Assembly (NCBI RefSeq): GCF_000143415.4
Contig: NW_003314299.1
Span: forward strand, 1,614,559 to 1,678,558
Source: Selaginella moellendorffii
Taxonomy: Eukaryota; Plantae; Lycopodiophyta
Reading direction: 5' to 3'
DNA length: 64,000 nt
The first letter of the stretch is position 1. Every line of letters starts with the position of its first letter. This document shows, piece after piece, positions 1 through 11,616 of the stretch. Both the position numbers and the translations under genes were made by a program. The notes beneath the pieces are model-generated. The model worked only from the letters and a program-made list of their open reading frames with translations, did not search any database and had not been told where the DNA came from.

Positions 1-640
1 TAGAATATAATATTAGAAATATAAAGCCTTTAGCTTAAGCATGTAATCTATCTATATTACATGGCATAATGTCATGCATGGTCTACCCAAAGATGGATCA
101 CTTTAGCCCTACCAGTCCATGGAGTGCAGTGAGAGCAATGAAAGTGAGATGGTCTCTAGCGATCCACAACAAGGGAGAAGGAGGAGAAGAAGGAGCAGCT
201 ATGAGAGATTAATGCGGACAAGCACAGCTACTGCCACAGTGTCTACTGGTTCCATGGCAATGTGTATCATACAAGAACTAAGTTCTTTCTCATTACCAGT
301 TTCTTGGAAGGTGAGTGATAAAGAATTTTTCTTATCATCCCTTCCTCATGCATGGTGGTATTGACCGATGGTGCAAATTGATCCCAGGAATGGAGATGCA
401 ATCTTCTTTAGATCAATGCCTATGTTTGTTACCCTTTATTTTATAACTTTTAAAGTACACCTGACCACCAACGGCCAGATGTTTTGAAAAATACTTAAAA
501 TTTATCTTCTTGTCGCAGAGCTTTGCCTAATCCAGTTGATAGATTCGTGGCGGCGGCGAGGAAGGCGCTGATGAGCTGAGCGCCAAGCGAACAGGGTTCT
601 GGAACATCGCTTCTAGGGTTTCATCGTCCGGCTTTGCTAG

Positions 641-3187
641 ATGAGGAGCTGGGCCTTTTGCGCGATCGTCGTCCTGTTCCTACATTCCGTGCAAGCATTG
701 TCTTCGGATGGTTAGAGCTCTCTTCTCTGGGTCCTTCTTGTTCTCGTTCTCTCACTATCTATCTATCTACCTATCTATCTTCGTTTAACTGGATTCTTCT
801 TATTCGCACTCTCCTCTCCTATCACAGGGATTGCATTGCTCGCATTTAAAGAGGGCATACAAGAAGCGCAGTTTCTTCTCGGCGATTGGAGACGAAGCGA
901 TGCGACGCCGTGCAACTGGACTGGAGTCGAGTGTAATGGAGAAACTGGGCGCGTAGAGACTTTGTAAGTCTTGTCCCTTCCTTTGATCGCTAAATGAGCG
1001 TTTACTCTCGGCTAGAAACCTTCCTCGATTCCATCTGGTGGGAGTGATTTCTCCGGAGATTGGAAAGCTCAGCAAACTGCGAAGGCTGTAAGTTTTTCGT
1101 TTGTTCTTTCCAGACAAAAATATAGAACGTCTTTGAATGAACAGGGGATTGCATAACAACATGATCTCCGGTAAAATACCTCCGAGCCTTGGCAACTGCA
1201 GCGATCTACGGGCAGTGTAAGCTTAGCAGTTTTTTCTAGGGTTTCTGGAAGTAAGATTTCGTTGTACAGATACCTGCGAGACAATCTTCTAAGTGGCTCG
1301 TTGCCTGCGGAACTGGGGAGGCTTAAGAACCTGAAAGTGTTGTAAGTTTCTTGCTGACTTTGTTCTCTCATGCCTCTGGTTTTCACGAAACCAGGCTTGC
1401 TGCAGCGACGTGTCGGAGAACTCGCTCACTGGACCAATTCCAGCTTCCATGGAAAGACTAAACGATCTTGTGTTCTTGTAAGTTTTCCCAAAGAAAGAAA
1501 CACGATTGTGTTAATCCGTCTGTCTCGAGTCTCGCAGAAACGTTTCCAACAATTTTCTTACTGGGAGCGTCACTGGTCTTGCAAAGTTTTCAAACAGATC
1601 GTAAGTTTGTGTTTTCATCTAGATTTGGCTCTTACATTATCTCTCCAGTTTTTTCGGTAATCCCGGGCTGTGTGGACAGCAGCTCAACAAGAGCTGTGAA
1701 GTTGGAAAATCGGTCAATGGTATGTCATCTCTAGATTTTATTTTTTTTAAGTTCGAACATGAAATACAGGTTCTAAGATGTCAAAACTTTCGAGAAATCT
1801 GCTGATAAGTGCACTTGGAACTGTGACCGCATCGCTGCTCTTTGCGCTAGTGTGCTTCTGGGGATTTCTTTTCTACAACAAATTCAACGCAACAAAGGCC
1901 TGCATTCCTCAGCAGCCGGAACCATCCGCAGGTCAGCTCCAGTTTCTTCTTCTCGTAACACCTGGACTCACAAACTAATATAACAGCAAAGCTCGTTTTG
2001 TTCCATGGAGGGCTACCCTATACACTGAAAGAAGTCATCACCAAGATCGAGCGGCTGGATTACAAAGACATAATCGGAGCTGGCGGTTTCGGAACGGTGT
2101 ACAAGCTCTGCATGGACGAAGACTGCGTGTTTGCGGTGAAAAAAGTTGGAAGATCCAGCGACGGTTCCATCTCCGAGAAGCGTCTGGAGAAAGAGCTCGA
2201 CGTCCTGGGGAGCATCCAACACCGCAACCTCGTCTCGCTAAAAGGCTACTGCAACGCACCGACAGCAAGACTCCTTATAACCGATTTCATGCCCCTCGGA
2301 AGCCTGGACGAGCACCTCCATGGTAATATCATCTTCTTCTCTTTTCCGTTTTCTTGTTTCGAGCATCTTTCACGAAAACTTTTGCGTCGTTTCCTGGCAG
2401 AGAGACACGCAAAGGATTCTCTGATGACATGGGAAGCTCGTCTTAACATAGCAATTGGCACTGCCAGAGGCCTGGGCCATCTGCACCACCGCTGTGTGCC
2501 TCCAATAATCCACCGCGACATTAAGTCGAGCAACGTACTCCTGGATAGGAATCTGGAGGCTTGTGTGTCCGACTTTGGGCTGGCCAAGCTTCTCGAGGAG
2601 AACGATTCCCAGGTGACAACAATCGTGGCCGGGACATTTGGCTATCTCGCACCAGGTACAAATAGTTTTTTGTTTCAAGCTCTTCTCTTTCGTTTTTTTT
2701 CTTTTTTCTCATGCTCGAGAGATTGTTTTTGTGTTTTCAAAGAGTACATGCAGTCCGGAAGAGCCACCGAGAAGTCGGACGTCTACAGCTATGGCGTTGT
2801 GCTGCTGGAGCTTCTCAGCGGGAAGAGGCCAACGGACGTTTGCTTCACTGCCAAAGGACTCAACATTGTTGGCTGGGTACGTAAAAGGAAGTTTTTTTTT
2901 TTCATATTTTCATACTCAAAGAGTGTTTTTTTTTTTTTTCTGTCTAGGCGAGTGCGATGATGCTTCAGAACAGGTGCCTGGAGATCTTTGATCCACACTG
3001 CCGAGGAGCTCAACTCGAAAGCATGGAAGCTGTGCTGGAGGTGGCGGCGATGTGCATCCATCCCCGGCCCGAGTGCCGTCCAAGCATGGCCACCGTCGTG
3101 GAAATCCTCCAAGAACATCACCACTCTCTTTGCTCCAGCACCGAAGAGGATGGATCCTGCGCTTCAGAGTTTTCGCTCAAGCTGTGA
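641..3187 (+). CDS. LRR receptor-like Ser/Thr kinase, FEI1/FEI2-like (LRR-XIII), multi-exon
   Basis: ATG 641 gives signal peptide [23 protein letters not shown]|G. Exon 2 (from 828) has the LRR N-cap [17 protein letters not shown], followed by short LRR exons and a TM segment ([22 protein letters not shown]). Kinase motifs [43 protein letters not shown] and [12 protein letters not shown] are present; stop at 3187. Confidence 0.9.
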
Positions 3188-3753
3188 GAAGTCGCCATTC
3201 TTTCAAAGGTAACCTTCCAGATGATTGTAACTTTAAGAACAAAGTGTTCCACAGTTCTTGGAGAACTTCCAAAGTTCTTGGAGACGGAGATATGAGAGTA
3301 ACATTAACTTTTATTTACTCTTGTTTATAAAAAAAGAAAAACACGAAACGAAACGAAAAAACGATAACTCCCACGGAAATCTCTTTGTTCTTTTGGTTCT
3401 CCACAAATTTACAGACCATTTTCCCCACAAAGCTTTGGTCGGCTTGCTTGCCTGCTTGCTGCTATATACAAAAATCAAAGAAATCGTCGTCACGATTCAT
3501 CCATCTCGCGTGAGGTCGCCCGTTCTAGAAAAGAACGAAACGAAACGAGGAAGAAAACTTTAGAAGAGTGATACTCAAAAGACTCCACCTCTTTTCCTCG
3601 CTTTCCCCGTCTTTCTTGCTCTCTACTTTTCTCACTTCCTGGCCTGCTGTGCCTGTAAGATCAAACTCTTCCACCTGTTTTGCTTGCCTGCCATGAACGA
3701 ACGAAAACTGGTAAGAACCCAAGCTCCGCTCGATCGATCAAACTCACTCCACT

Positions 3754-4776
3754 TCAAACCGGAGAACACTCGATCTGCGGCTTCTTGGCCGACATCCTCT
3801 TCAAAAACTCGTAAGTGGTGATCATCGTGGTGGCGGACATGGACATGCTCGCCCACCTCGGCCCCAGCCCCCGGTAGCAAGCCCGCCACCCTCCCTCCAT
3901 CACCAGCACCCTCAAAGTCTGCGAGATCGATGGCGGCGGCCTCCGGTCGCTCTCCAGCACCTGGATCCTCGTCTTCACGGTATCCAGCGGCGTCGTCACC
4001 AGTGCCGCGGCCCCTCCAGCGGCGGCGGCGCTGATCCCCTGGACGCAAACCACCGCGGCAGAGGTCGGCTCGGCGGCGCCACCGAGATAGCCGAGATGGC
4101 TCCAGATGGAGCGCTGCGTGACGCAGTAAGACGCCCACCACACCGCGTTGGAGGGAGCGTAAGTGAGCACCGACATTCCAAAGCCCCTGTAGAGACCCTT
4201 CACGCCATCGCTCTTGAGGATCTTGCGGAAGGCGTCGAAGCCACCCCGGTAGCGAGGGAACTCTTCCTTGCCTCCACCACCTCCACTACCACCACCACCA
4301 TTTCTTCCACCTTGGACCATGAGTCTCTGGCTGATCACGTCCACCGGAGTCCAGACCAGCTGCGCCGCCACCGCCGCGCTCACCCCCCCGGCGGCGTTGG
4401 CCATGGCGGCGGCGATGGGCTCCGAGAAGCCCAACTGGAGAGCTCCTCCGGCGACGTTGCTCTTGGTGATCTCCAGGGCGCTCATGTAGAGGGCGCGAGC
4501 GGGGATGGTGCCGAGGAGGGAGGTGCCAAAGCCGCGGTAGAATCCCCGGATGCCGTCGTGCTTGAGAATGCCGCGGGCGATGGATGTAGATGAGCTCCTC
4601 TCTGGGAAGACTTGCTGTCGCGTTTTGATGACGACGATCGGGTAGAGCATGGCGGAGACCCCCGAAAAGAGGCCGGCGCCCAGCATGAAGAACTTGGTCT
4701 TGTCTAGCATGTACCAGTCGACGTCGGCTGGGAGCCGGAGCTCCGTGTCGTGAGAATGTGAGGTTCTCAAGCTCAT
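3754..4776 (-). CDS. Mitochondrial carrier protein, SLC25A44-like, intronless, 340 aa
   Basis: Three PxD/xxKxR carrier repeats (YPIVVIKTRQQ, TPVDVISQRLM, TPLDTVKTRIQ); N-terminus LPADVDWYMLDKTKFF is typical of the plant SLC25A44 group. Confidence 0.93.
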   Translation of the reverse strand: MSLRTSHSHDTELRLPADVDWYMLDKTKFFMLGAGLFSGVSAMLYPIVVIKTRQQVFPERSSSTSIARGILKHDGIRGFYRGFGTSLLGTIPARALYMSALEITKSNVAGGALQLGFSEPIAAAMANAAGGVSAAVAAQLVWTPVDVISQRLMVQGGRNGGGGSGGGGGKEEFPRYRGGFDAFRKILKSDGVKGLYRGFGMSVLTYAPSNAVWWASYCVTQRSIWSHLGYLGGAAEPTSAAVVCVQGISAAAAGGAAALVTTPLDTVKTRIQVLESDRRPPPSISQTLRVLVMEGGWRACYRGLGPRWASMSMSATTMITTYEFLKRMSAKKPQIECSPV

Positions 4777-5075
4777 TGTCCCTCAAGAAGATCTCACTCC
4801 CAACTCTCCAAAAGGAAAAAACACCACCCGAAACGAAAATCCTCTTCCTCTCACGGATACCCCACTGGAAATTTCTACTCTCTCACCTCTAGCTCTTGGA
4901 AATTCTCTACGATGGGAGATCCTAGTCCCTCTTAAGACAAAATTGGGGAAGAAGCGTGATTGAAAGGAGAAAGAACGAAATTTCAAGCAAGGGATCAGGG
5001 AAGCAGTGAGTGAGAAGGCACGGAAAGAAAAAAGAAGAGAAAGCCACTCCAGAAAAACCCCCGGAGCGATTCCTC

Positions 5076-5159
5076 TCAACCCCCGACTTGCCTGGACGAT
5101 TTCCTGCGGCCGCTGAGCTGCATTAAGAGGCTCATTACCCCGCCGCAGATCGACGCCAT
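5076..5159 (-). other. Candidate upstream ORF in the carrier 5' leader (MASICGGVMSLLMQLSGRRKSSR...)
   Basis: 27-codon ATG ORF about 300 bp upstream of the carrier ATG; a possible GC splice donor (CAG|GCAAGT) lies near its end. Confidence 0.4.
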
Positions 5160-5199
5160 GGCCTCTCAAATCCGAGAGGCTATGCTGCGCTTGCTCGCC

Positions 5200-5506
5200 G
5201 CGATCAGTAACCCTAAAATCGCCTCTCGCTAGCCCTAAAATCCGCTTTACCATTTTATCTAGACAATGAGCAAGCCCTAACTGCCGCGTGGCGGGATCCG
5301 ACGGCGGGGATGCTCACACCTGTAGGAGATAATGACACGAAGGATTTTTATTGGCGGGAAGTTTGGGTCCGTACGGAGAGAGGATATTCCCTCCGTACGG
5401 AGGGCTGGGTTTTAGGGCAACAGTGATCATGGCTGTTCTCTTTCCGGGGATCATGGGAAGGAAACATCTCTCTAGCTGAGCTTCGCGCGAGGGAGGGAGC
5501 GAGAGG
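5200..5506. promoter_or_regulatory. Shared divergent promoter of carrier and HIRA
   Basis: Head-to-head genes; telo-box AACCCTAA at 5209; E2F-like TTGGCGGGAA at 5351-5360; palindrome TCCGTACGGA twice (5368, 5392). Confidence 0.55.
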
Positions 5507-8500
5507 ATGATTGTGGAGAAGCCGGAATGGCTCCGTCACGAGGGCCTCCAGATCTTCTCGGTGGATTTCCAGCCCAGCGGGCAGCGATGCGCCACAGCCG
5601 GGGGCGATCACAAGGTATGTGTATCTTTTACGCAATCTCCACGCCCAATCCAGCTCTAGCGGCGCCGAATTCCTCAATCGGGCTTGTTGGGTTGGCTGGA
5701 AATCCCGGCAATCGATTTGGGTGCCGCGTGGATTGCGAGCCCAGCTCCCGGATTGTGGAGAGTTTGCTAGTGTTCTTGGCGTTCTAGCTCCCTCTCCCTC
5801 TTGAGGAAAAAACGCTCTAAATCACTGGCAATGTAGGTGAGGATCTGGAACACGCGGCCGCTGATGAAGGAAGGCGAGGCTGATCGAGGCGGTGAGAAGC
5901 TGCTGGCGACGCTGTGCGATCACTTTGGATCGGTGAATTGCGTGCGGTGGTCGAAATCGGGGCTCTACGTCGCGTCCGGCTCGGATGGAAGCCTGGTTTT
6001 GATCCACGAGAAGCGCCACGGCACTGGCACGGTGGAGTTTGGAAGTGGAGAGCCCGCCAACGTCGAGAACTGGAAAGTTTGTGCGTCGCTCCGGGGCCAC
6101 ACTGCCGATGTGGTAAGCCTTTCTTCTTTTGCGCATCCTAACGTTGATACTAGATTACTATTTCTTGTTTGTTCTTTCGCCTCTCTCGCCGGATCTTTGT
6201 TTCTTCTTTTCTATTCCACCTCGTTTCTCGAGTTCGATCGATCTTCTCGTCTCTTTTCTCCGCTCTAGTGATTTTTTTTGTTTTTGCTTTTTTATGTTCA
6301 TTATCAGTCAACCTTTGTTTAGTTTATCTTTCAATAGTTCTCTTTCGGTCTTCTTTTACGTCTTTCATCGAGGGATCCTTATCCAAGTTTCGTCTGATTT
6401 GGGAGAAGATTAAGTTCTCTCGCCTCATTCTTTTTTTTCCTCCTCTCATCTTTGCTTTCTCGAACTCGATCTTCGTGCTAGCTTTCTAGAGTTTCCTTCT
6501 CTTTCTTGGCAATGGCTTAAGCTCATCCCCTTTGCTTTCATTTTTCTTTGTTTTTTCTTTTCCTTTCTTTCCCTCGAGAAGGGTGATCGACTGTGCCATC
6601 AAAGAGTGATTTTTTTCTCTCCATCTTTGCCTTTTCGAGCTTCGCTCTTCTTAGCTCTCTGGAGCTTTGACACTTCTTTCTCTCTCGTGGCAATGTCCCT
6701 TTGCTCTCGTTTTCTGTTCTTATCTTTTCCTCGACAAACGTGATATGCTGTGTCATCAAAAGTAGTTTTTTTTCTTCCTCTCGCATGATTTTTTTTTGTA
6801 TTTTTTATTTCTGGTGATGGAGATGGAACTAATTGTGTCCTTAAAGTAGGTGGATCTTGCTTGGTCACCAGACGACTCGATGCTCGCGACGTGTAGCCTG
6901 GACAACACCGTTCGCATCTGGAAAATGCCTGGGGGATCCTCGGTCGCCGTTCTAACTGGACACAGCAGCCTTGTCAAGGGCGTCGCGTGGGATCCAATCG
7001 GCTCTTTCCTCGCTAGCCAGTCGGACGATAAGACGGTCATGATCTGGCAAACCAGCGACTGGGCTGCGGTCCATCGAGCCGAGGGCCCATGGAGAAAATC
7101 CGTAAGTTCGAAGTTTTTGTCGAGTTCTTCTTCTGGAGTTGACATTTTCTGATCTTGTGTCAAGGTTGGCTCGACGTTTTTCAGGCGTCTCTCGTGGTCA
7201 CCTTGTGGCCACTTCATAATCACCACCCACGGATACGAGAACCCGAGCCACACTGCGCAAGTTTTGGAGCGAGGGGACTGGAGTGGAACTTTCAACTTCG
7301 TCGGGCACAACGCTCCCGTGGTGGCTGTCCGCTTCAACCATTCCATGTTTCGCAAGCAGCCGCTGCCGCCTCCGGAAAACAACGGAGAAGAGGAGCTGCT
7401 GCAAATGGATCCGAAGAAAGTCCCCAAGGAGATGGTTCCTTACAACGTTGTGGCCATGGGAAGCCAGGACAGGAACATCACCGTGTGGACGACGGCGAAT
7501 CCCCGCCCAGTTTTCGTCGGGAAGCATTTCTTTACGCAGAGCGTGGTGGATCTCAGCTGGTCAGTTGATGATCTTTAGTATCAACTTTAATGGTTTCTTT
7601 TTGTTCTTCCTTCAGGAGTCCGGATGGATATTCGTTGTTTTGCTGCTCGCTCGACGGGACTGTGGCCAGCTTCCACTTTGAAGCCAAGGAACTCGGACAC
7701 ATAGTTTCGGAGAAAGAGATGGAGGAGTTTAGGAGGAACCGGTACGGCGATTCGCGGTCTCGACAGGAGTCTCTCGCGGAGAGCCCCGCGCAGCTTTTCA
7801 TCGAAGCCACTGCCGCGGCAAAGAAAGTTGGCAACTCTACCACCATCGTCAGCAACGGTAACACCACGAGCAACGTTAGCAACACCACGGTAGTGACACA
7901 GACTAACAAGCAAGTAGCGAGCACGACTTTGAGGGCTCAAGAGCACGAGGAGGCCGGGACGACAACAACAGTAACAACACCGAAGAATGGAACTTTGGAG
8001 AAAGATCAGGCAGCGGCAGTAGCAGTAGCGGCAGCTCCTCTTCCTCCACCACCGGCGAAGCAAACTCCAGTGAAGCAACGAGAGTATAGGCAGCAGGATG
8101 GGCGGAGGAGGATAATCCCCGAGGCTTTACACACCGAGGACGATGGTGGTCGAAAGGACCGAGAGAGCAGCGCCGAGAAGCGAAAGCTCTCGCCGGTTGA
8201 CGCCTCCAAGTCGGAGGCTCCCTCGAAGAGATTGCTGGGAAGCGGCGGCAGTGGCGGTGGTGGCGGAGGTGGCGGTGTTCGTGAGCGGAATGGCTCCGGC
8301 GCGAGCAAAGCCATCGAAGTTTCAAGCATGGAGAGGTCACTGGGATTGAGTAGCACCACCAACACGACGGTGGCGATCAACGTGACTCAAGCGTCGCAAC
8401 TTCGAGGCCCGGATGGTGTCCTCTCGGTCCAAGTGAGGATATCGGACGAGGAGAGCTTGGACGGTCCGGCAGTAGCTCCCATTTGCTTGGAGGCAAAGCC

Positions 8501-9939
8501 GGTGAGAGTCCAGGACGCGGCCGCCGGGAGGGGCGAGACTGGAGAGACCGACTTGGTGTGCTCGCAAGGTGGAGAGATCCGGTGGAGAGATAGATTTGCG
8601 GGCAAAGTCACAGCTCTCACTGGGAACACTAACTTTTGGGCCGTCGGCTGCGAGGATGGATCACTCCAAGTAAGCTTTCTATTCTTCTCTTATGTGTTTT
8701 GTATGGTCGAAGCTCGCAAGTTTTTTTCTTTCTTTGTTCTCTTTGTTTAGATTTCTTTTTTAAAATTTTTTTTTATTTCAGTTATTTTTGCTGGTTCGTT
8801 TTTGTTTGTTTGTTGTTTTTTCTTTTCTTTTCTCTTTCTCTTTTCTTTTTTATTTATTATATTGATGCTTTTGCATTTCAGGTGTATACAATGGCTGGAA
8901 GACGAGCACTTCCAAGCATGGTAGTAGGCTCCGCCGCGGCGTTTATGGATTGTACGCGGGGCTGGGAGCTACTTTTGCTAACTCGAGGTGGAACCATGCA
9001 CGTATGGGACCTCCGGCAATCACAATGTCTTCTTAACGAGTCTCTTCTCCCGCTCACCTTGAGCTCCTCGGCTACTTCTTCCGCGAAAGAAAGTGGTAAA
9101 TCTTCTTTATGGTCTTTTTTCGTCAGACACTTAAAGTTTTTCTTTTTTCTTTCTCTTTCTTATAGGTGTGATGAGAATAATCTCGGCGAGGTTCTCGGAA
9201 GCTGGTGCTCCATTGGTCGTTCTTGCCAATGGTCACGCGTTTTTGTTTCACACAAAAATGAGGAGCTGGCTGAGAATAGCGGACGATTTCTTCCCTTCTT
9301 CGAGCTTCGTTAGCACTTGGCCACCCTCGGGCGATGGCGAGCTCGCGGGGCTTCAAAAAGGAGCGGCCACTCTTGGCAAGACAAACTTTAGCTGGAACAG
9401 GTTTGTTTTAGTTTCTATCACTGTTTTTCCGCGGCTAGAACTTTGAAGAATTTCCAGGACTCTAATCAATGAGAAGTACCAGACGAGAGCTCACCTCGAA
9501 GATCAACTAGCAGCAGCCCTGGCACTGAAATCCGCAGAAGAATACAAGCGCCATTTGATCTCCTACACGAGGTTTTTGACACGGTAAGAGTTCTTCGTGG
9601 CTTTAGAGTGATCAAAACCAAACTCTGTTTGAAACAGGGAAGCTGATGAAGTAAGATTGAGAGAACTTTGCGAGGATCTCTTGGGTCCTCTCTTTGTTCC
9701 AGACAGCGAGCCTTGTTACGACTCTCAGCCAACGACGAGTACATGGGAATCTTATGTTCTGGTAACCAAGAACACTTCCAATACATTTGGTTTTAACTCT
9801 TGGTATTGTTTTGAAGGGAATGAAGAAACGAGAGCTTTTGAAGAATGAGGTGCTGCCTGCAATGGCTTCCAATAGAGCTGTGCAACGTCTACTGAATGAA
9901 TTCTTAGATATGTTGTCTGAGTATGAAGACACTCAGTAA
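5507..9939 (+). CDS. HIRA: Histone H3.3 chaperone HIRA, 10 exons
   Basis: Starts [20 protein letters not shown]...ATAGGDHK; WD40 repeats; B-domain [16 protein letters not shown]; C-terminal [15 protein letters not shown]. Exons approx. 5507-5614, 5837-6112, 6850-7101, 7165-7559, 7616-8669, 8882-9095, 9166-9400, 9458-9583, 9638-9761, 9817-9939 with GT-AG borders. Confidence 0.95.
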
Positions 9940-10609
9940 TGATAAATTTTTTGGCTGGTTTTTAGATTTTTCCACTTTTGCATTGCTATTGGAGGGCGAT
10001 TATGTTCAGATAATGTGATTGTGAGGGTGATTACTATAACATGTTTTTGTGGTCTTTTGGTGCCCGAGATTTTTCCAGTTTAACTTCGTTTCTGGTTCAA
10101 AGATCCCTCTGGCCGCCAGTTGCGCCATGAAAATTAATCCTTATGAATGCTATCGAAGATGCCATGTCAATCAGCTTTATGAACGTTTTTTTCTGTTAAA
10201 AAGAAGTTAAGAAAATTTCCAGCTATCAGTATAGAATCTTCTAAGAATAGTTTTGATCTTTATTACCTTGTGTAAACACATTGAACTAGAATTAATGACT
10301 GAGTAAAATATTTTCAGTTAGAAAGCATTTTATGGGAAGTTTTCCTATTCATTTTTTGTGTTTTCCACATCATTTCAAAATACTAGGAAAAATTTCTGGT
10401 TGAAAAAAAGAAAATCTTTTCGAACCCTGGTCGCAAGGTCGTCATTCCCCATAGTTCAAAAAGTATACACATTTATCAAACGAGGTGACAGAGACTTTTG
10501 TGTAAGTCAACAAATAACGTCTCCACCAAAGCCTGCAAACCATTATATAGTCCTATTTTTCGATCCACAACATTGTCTCGTTGTTGCTGAATTCTCTTCT
10601 AAGCTTGCT

Positions 10610-11579
10610 ATGACAAAACATAGTACACTAATCTTGTTGTTTTTCCTGATTTTTTTTGTTGCCTCTATTAAATGCGTACCAGGTAGAGTGCCAGTTAACT
10701 TCGACAATCACCTTCCGGGATTCCTCTCACATGCGGACATTGCACGCCTTATAACTTTCTTCAGAAACTTGACCTCAACATTTACTTTTGGTGGAAGTTA
10801 TGGCCCTGGGGATGGTACTAGTGACACCGTAGCACTGAACGGGGGTGTAGTAGATTGCACAGTTTCCATTCAGGATAGAAACCAAGGTGGTAGATGCTCA
10901 GCATCACCTTCCAATAGTCGTGAAAGACCAATTGATGGGGTTCGAGCAGCAGCCACCTTTGATTACTTACTCCATCAAAGCACAGAAGAGATTAGCAGAC
11001 AATTATTTGGTTACCATAGAGCGGCAGTAGAATATTGGGGTGAAACGTTTGTGCTAGAATACAGTGCAGTGAATCCTTCAACTCCACCTCCTAGCCCTCC
11101 AAGTTCTCAAATCATCGCTTACGATTATAAGGATTCTGAAGTTCAAGAGGCTCGTTCAGGGTGTCTGTCAGTGTTTGAGACAACTTTATTTGGGTGGTGG
11201 CCTCATAACATACTTTTTAGTGGTCAACAACTGTATTCTCCAAATGGACTAGTTACACTGAGTCTACAAAAGCAATGGCATCCTTGCTCTTTACAAGCTT
11301 TCGATGCAAAGCTCGCCTTTGTGGACTTCAAATTCTTTTTCAAACACAGTGGGCAATTGTAGGCTTGTATTGGAATACACTGGAGGCTTCATAGTATACG
11401 ATGGAAACAATAACGTAATTTGGAAGTCTAATTACAGGTGCAACTGTTCAATCCAACCATCAATTTTCTCGGTCCAAAACGATTGTAATATTGTCACTTA
11501 TAAGATATCTAGTCGATTTGATAGTTCTCGCATCAGCTCTCCAACATGGTCTTCTGGGACTTACACAAAGTGTCACTAA
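10610..11579 (+). pseudogene. Secreted protein with C-terminal bulb-type (GNA/B) lectin domain, frameshifted
   Basis: Signal peptide MTKHSTLILLFFLIFFVASIKC. Lectin motifs NILFSGQQLYSPNGLVTLSLQ / SNGILALY..PLWTSN, LVLEYTGGFIVYD..VIWKSN and SVQNDCNIVTY are joined by removing one A from the A-run at 11268-11271. Confidence 0.7.
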
Positions 11580-11616
11580 CGGTGAAATATAAATAATTAC
11601 TTAATAAACTTTTTCG

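Noticed and set aside
119-364. 81-aa ORF at the window start
   Set aside because: No recognisable motif or splice context.
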